64,000 nt of DNA from Longimicrobiales bacterium (GTDB taxonomy: Bacteria > Gemmatimonadota > Gemmatimonadetes > Longimicrobiales > Gaopeijiaceae), in the NCBI GenBank assembly GCA_965202985.1, contig CBDBCF010000002.1, positions 832,001 through 896,000 of the forward strand, in the 5' to 3' direction. The notes below the pieces were generated by a model. The model made no database searches. It was given only the letters and a program-made list of their open reading frames with translations, and was not told where the DNA came from. The position numbers were made by a program, and so were the translations under genes. Of this stretch, positions 63,830 through 64,000 are shown piece by piece (positions within the stretch are counted from its first letter, which is position 1; every line of letters begins with the position of its first letter).

Positions 63830-64000
63830 ATGGAAACGATCCTCCAACTCGGTCGCATCGTCGCCGTGACGGTGCTGCTTATCGTCGTGGCGATCGCCCA
63901 CGCGACGGTCAACCCGCCCGTCGCACTCAGCCAGGACGACGAGAAGGAAAAGGAGGAGTGCCTCGACAACGAGGAACTCGGCCCCTGTCTCGAACTAAGG
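63830..64000 (+). CDS. Small secreted Cys-containing peptide/protein (partial, runs off right edge)
   Basis: AAGGAG RBS; METILQLGRIVAVTVLLIVVAIAHATVNPPVALS-QDDEKEKEECLDNEELGPCLELR... Confidence 0.6.
   Translation, partial: METILQLGRIVAVTVLLIVVAIAHATVNPPVALSQDDEKEKEECLDNEELGPCLELR

Overview
High-GC bacterial chromosome segment. Gene content and protein style suggest Gemmatimonadota, possibly a marine or sponge-associated lineage (inference, not tested). Most of it is housekeeping: a TolC/MFP/two-permease exporter with bshB1, pmm/pgm, a complete nuoA-N operon, dcd, mdh, moaADE, an IHF/HU gene, carA, rnhA, lipB with 2-oxoacid dehydrogenase genes, secG, and a long rpoZ-coaBC-udg-dnaB-ispD-tsaC-...-gap-pgk-tpiA run. 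Accessory or unusual elements: (1) a translationally coupled cassette of beta-propeller lipoprotein, CxxC redoxin-like lipoprotein and small secreted Cys-rich peptide at 7.9-9.5 kb, with a probable second redoxin-remnant plus Cys-peptide cassette at the right edge; (2) a ~3,500-aa repeat/cadherin autotransporter adhesin between tpiA and secG, preceded by a 22-nt G/C homopolymer (candidate phase-variation switch) and an intact IS630; (3) an ECF sigma factor and putative anti-sigma/TonB-C fusion between gap and pgk; (4) an intact but catalytically eroded E1-alpha pseudoenzyme; (5) a YwlE-type phosphatase-AroE fusion; (6) an RNase HI with a rearranged acidic active site. No CRISPR array, rRNA or tRNA was recognised.
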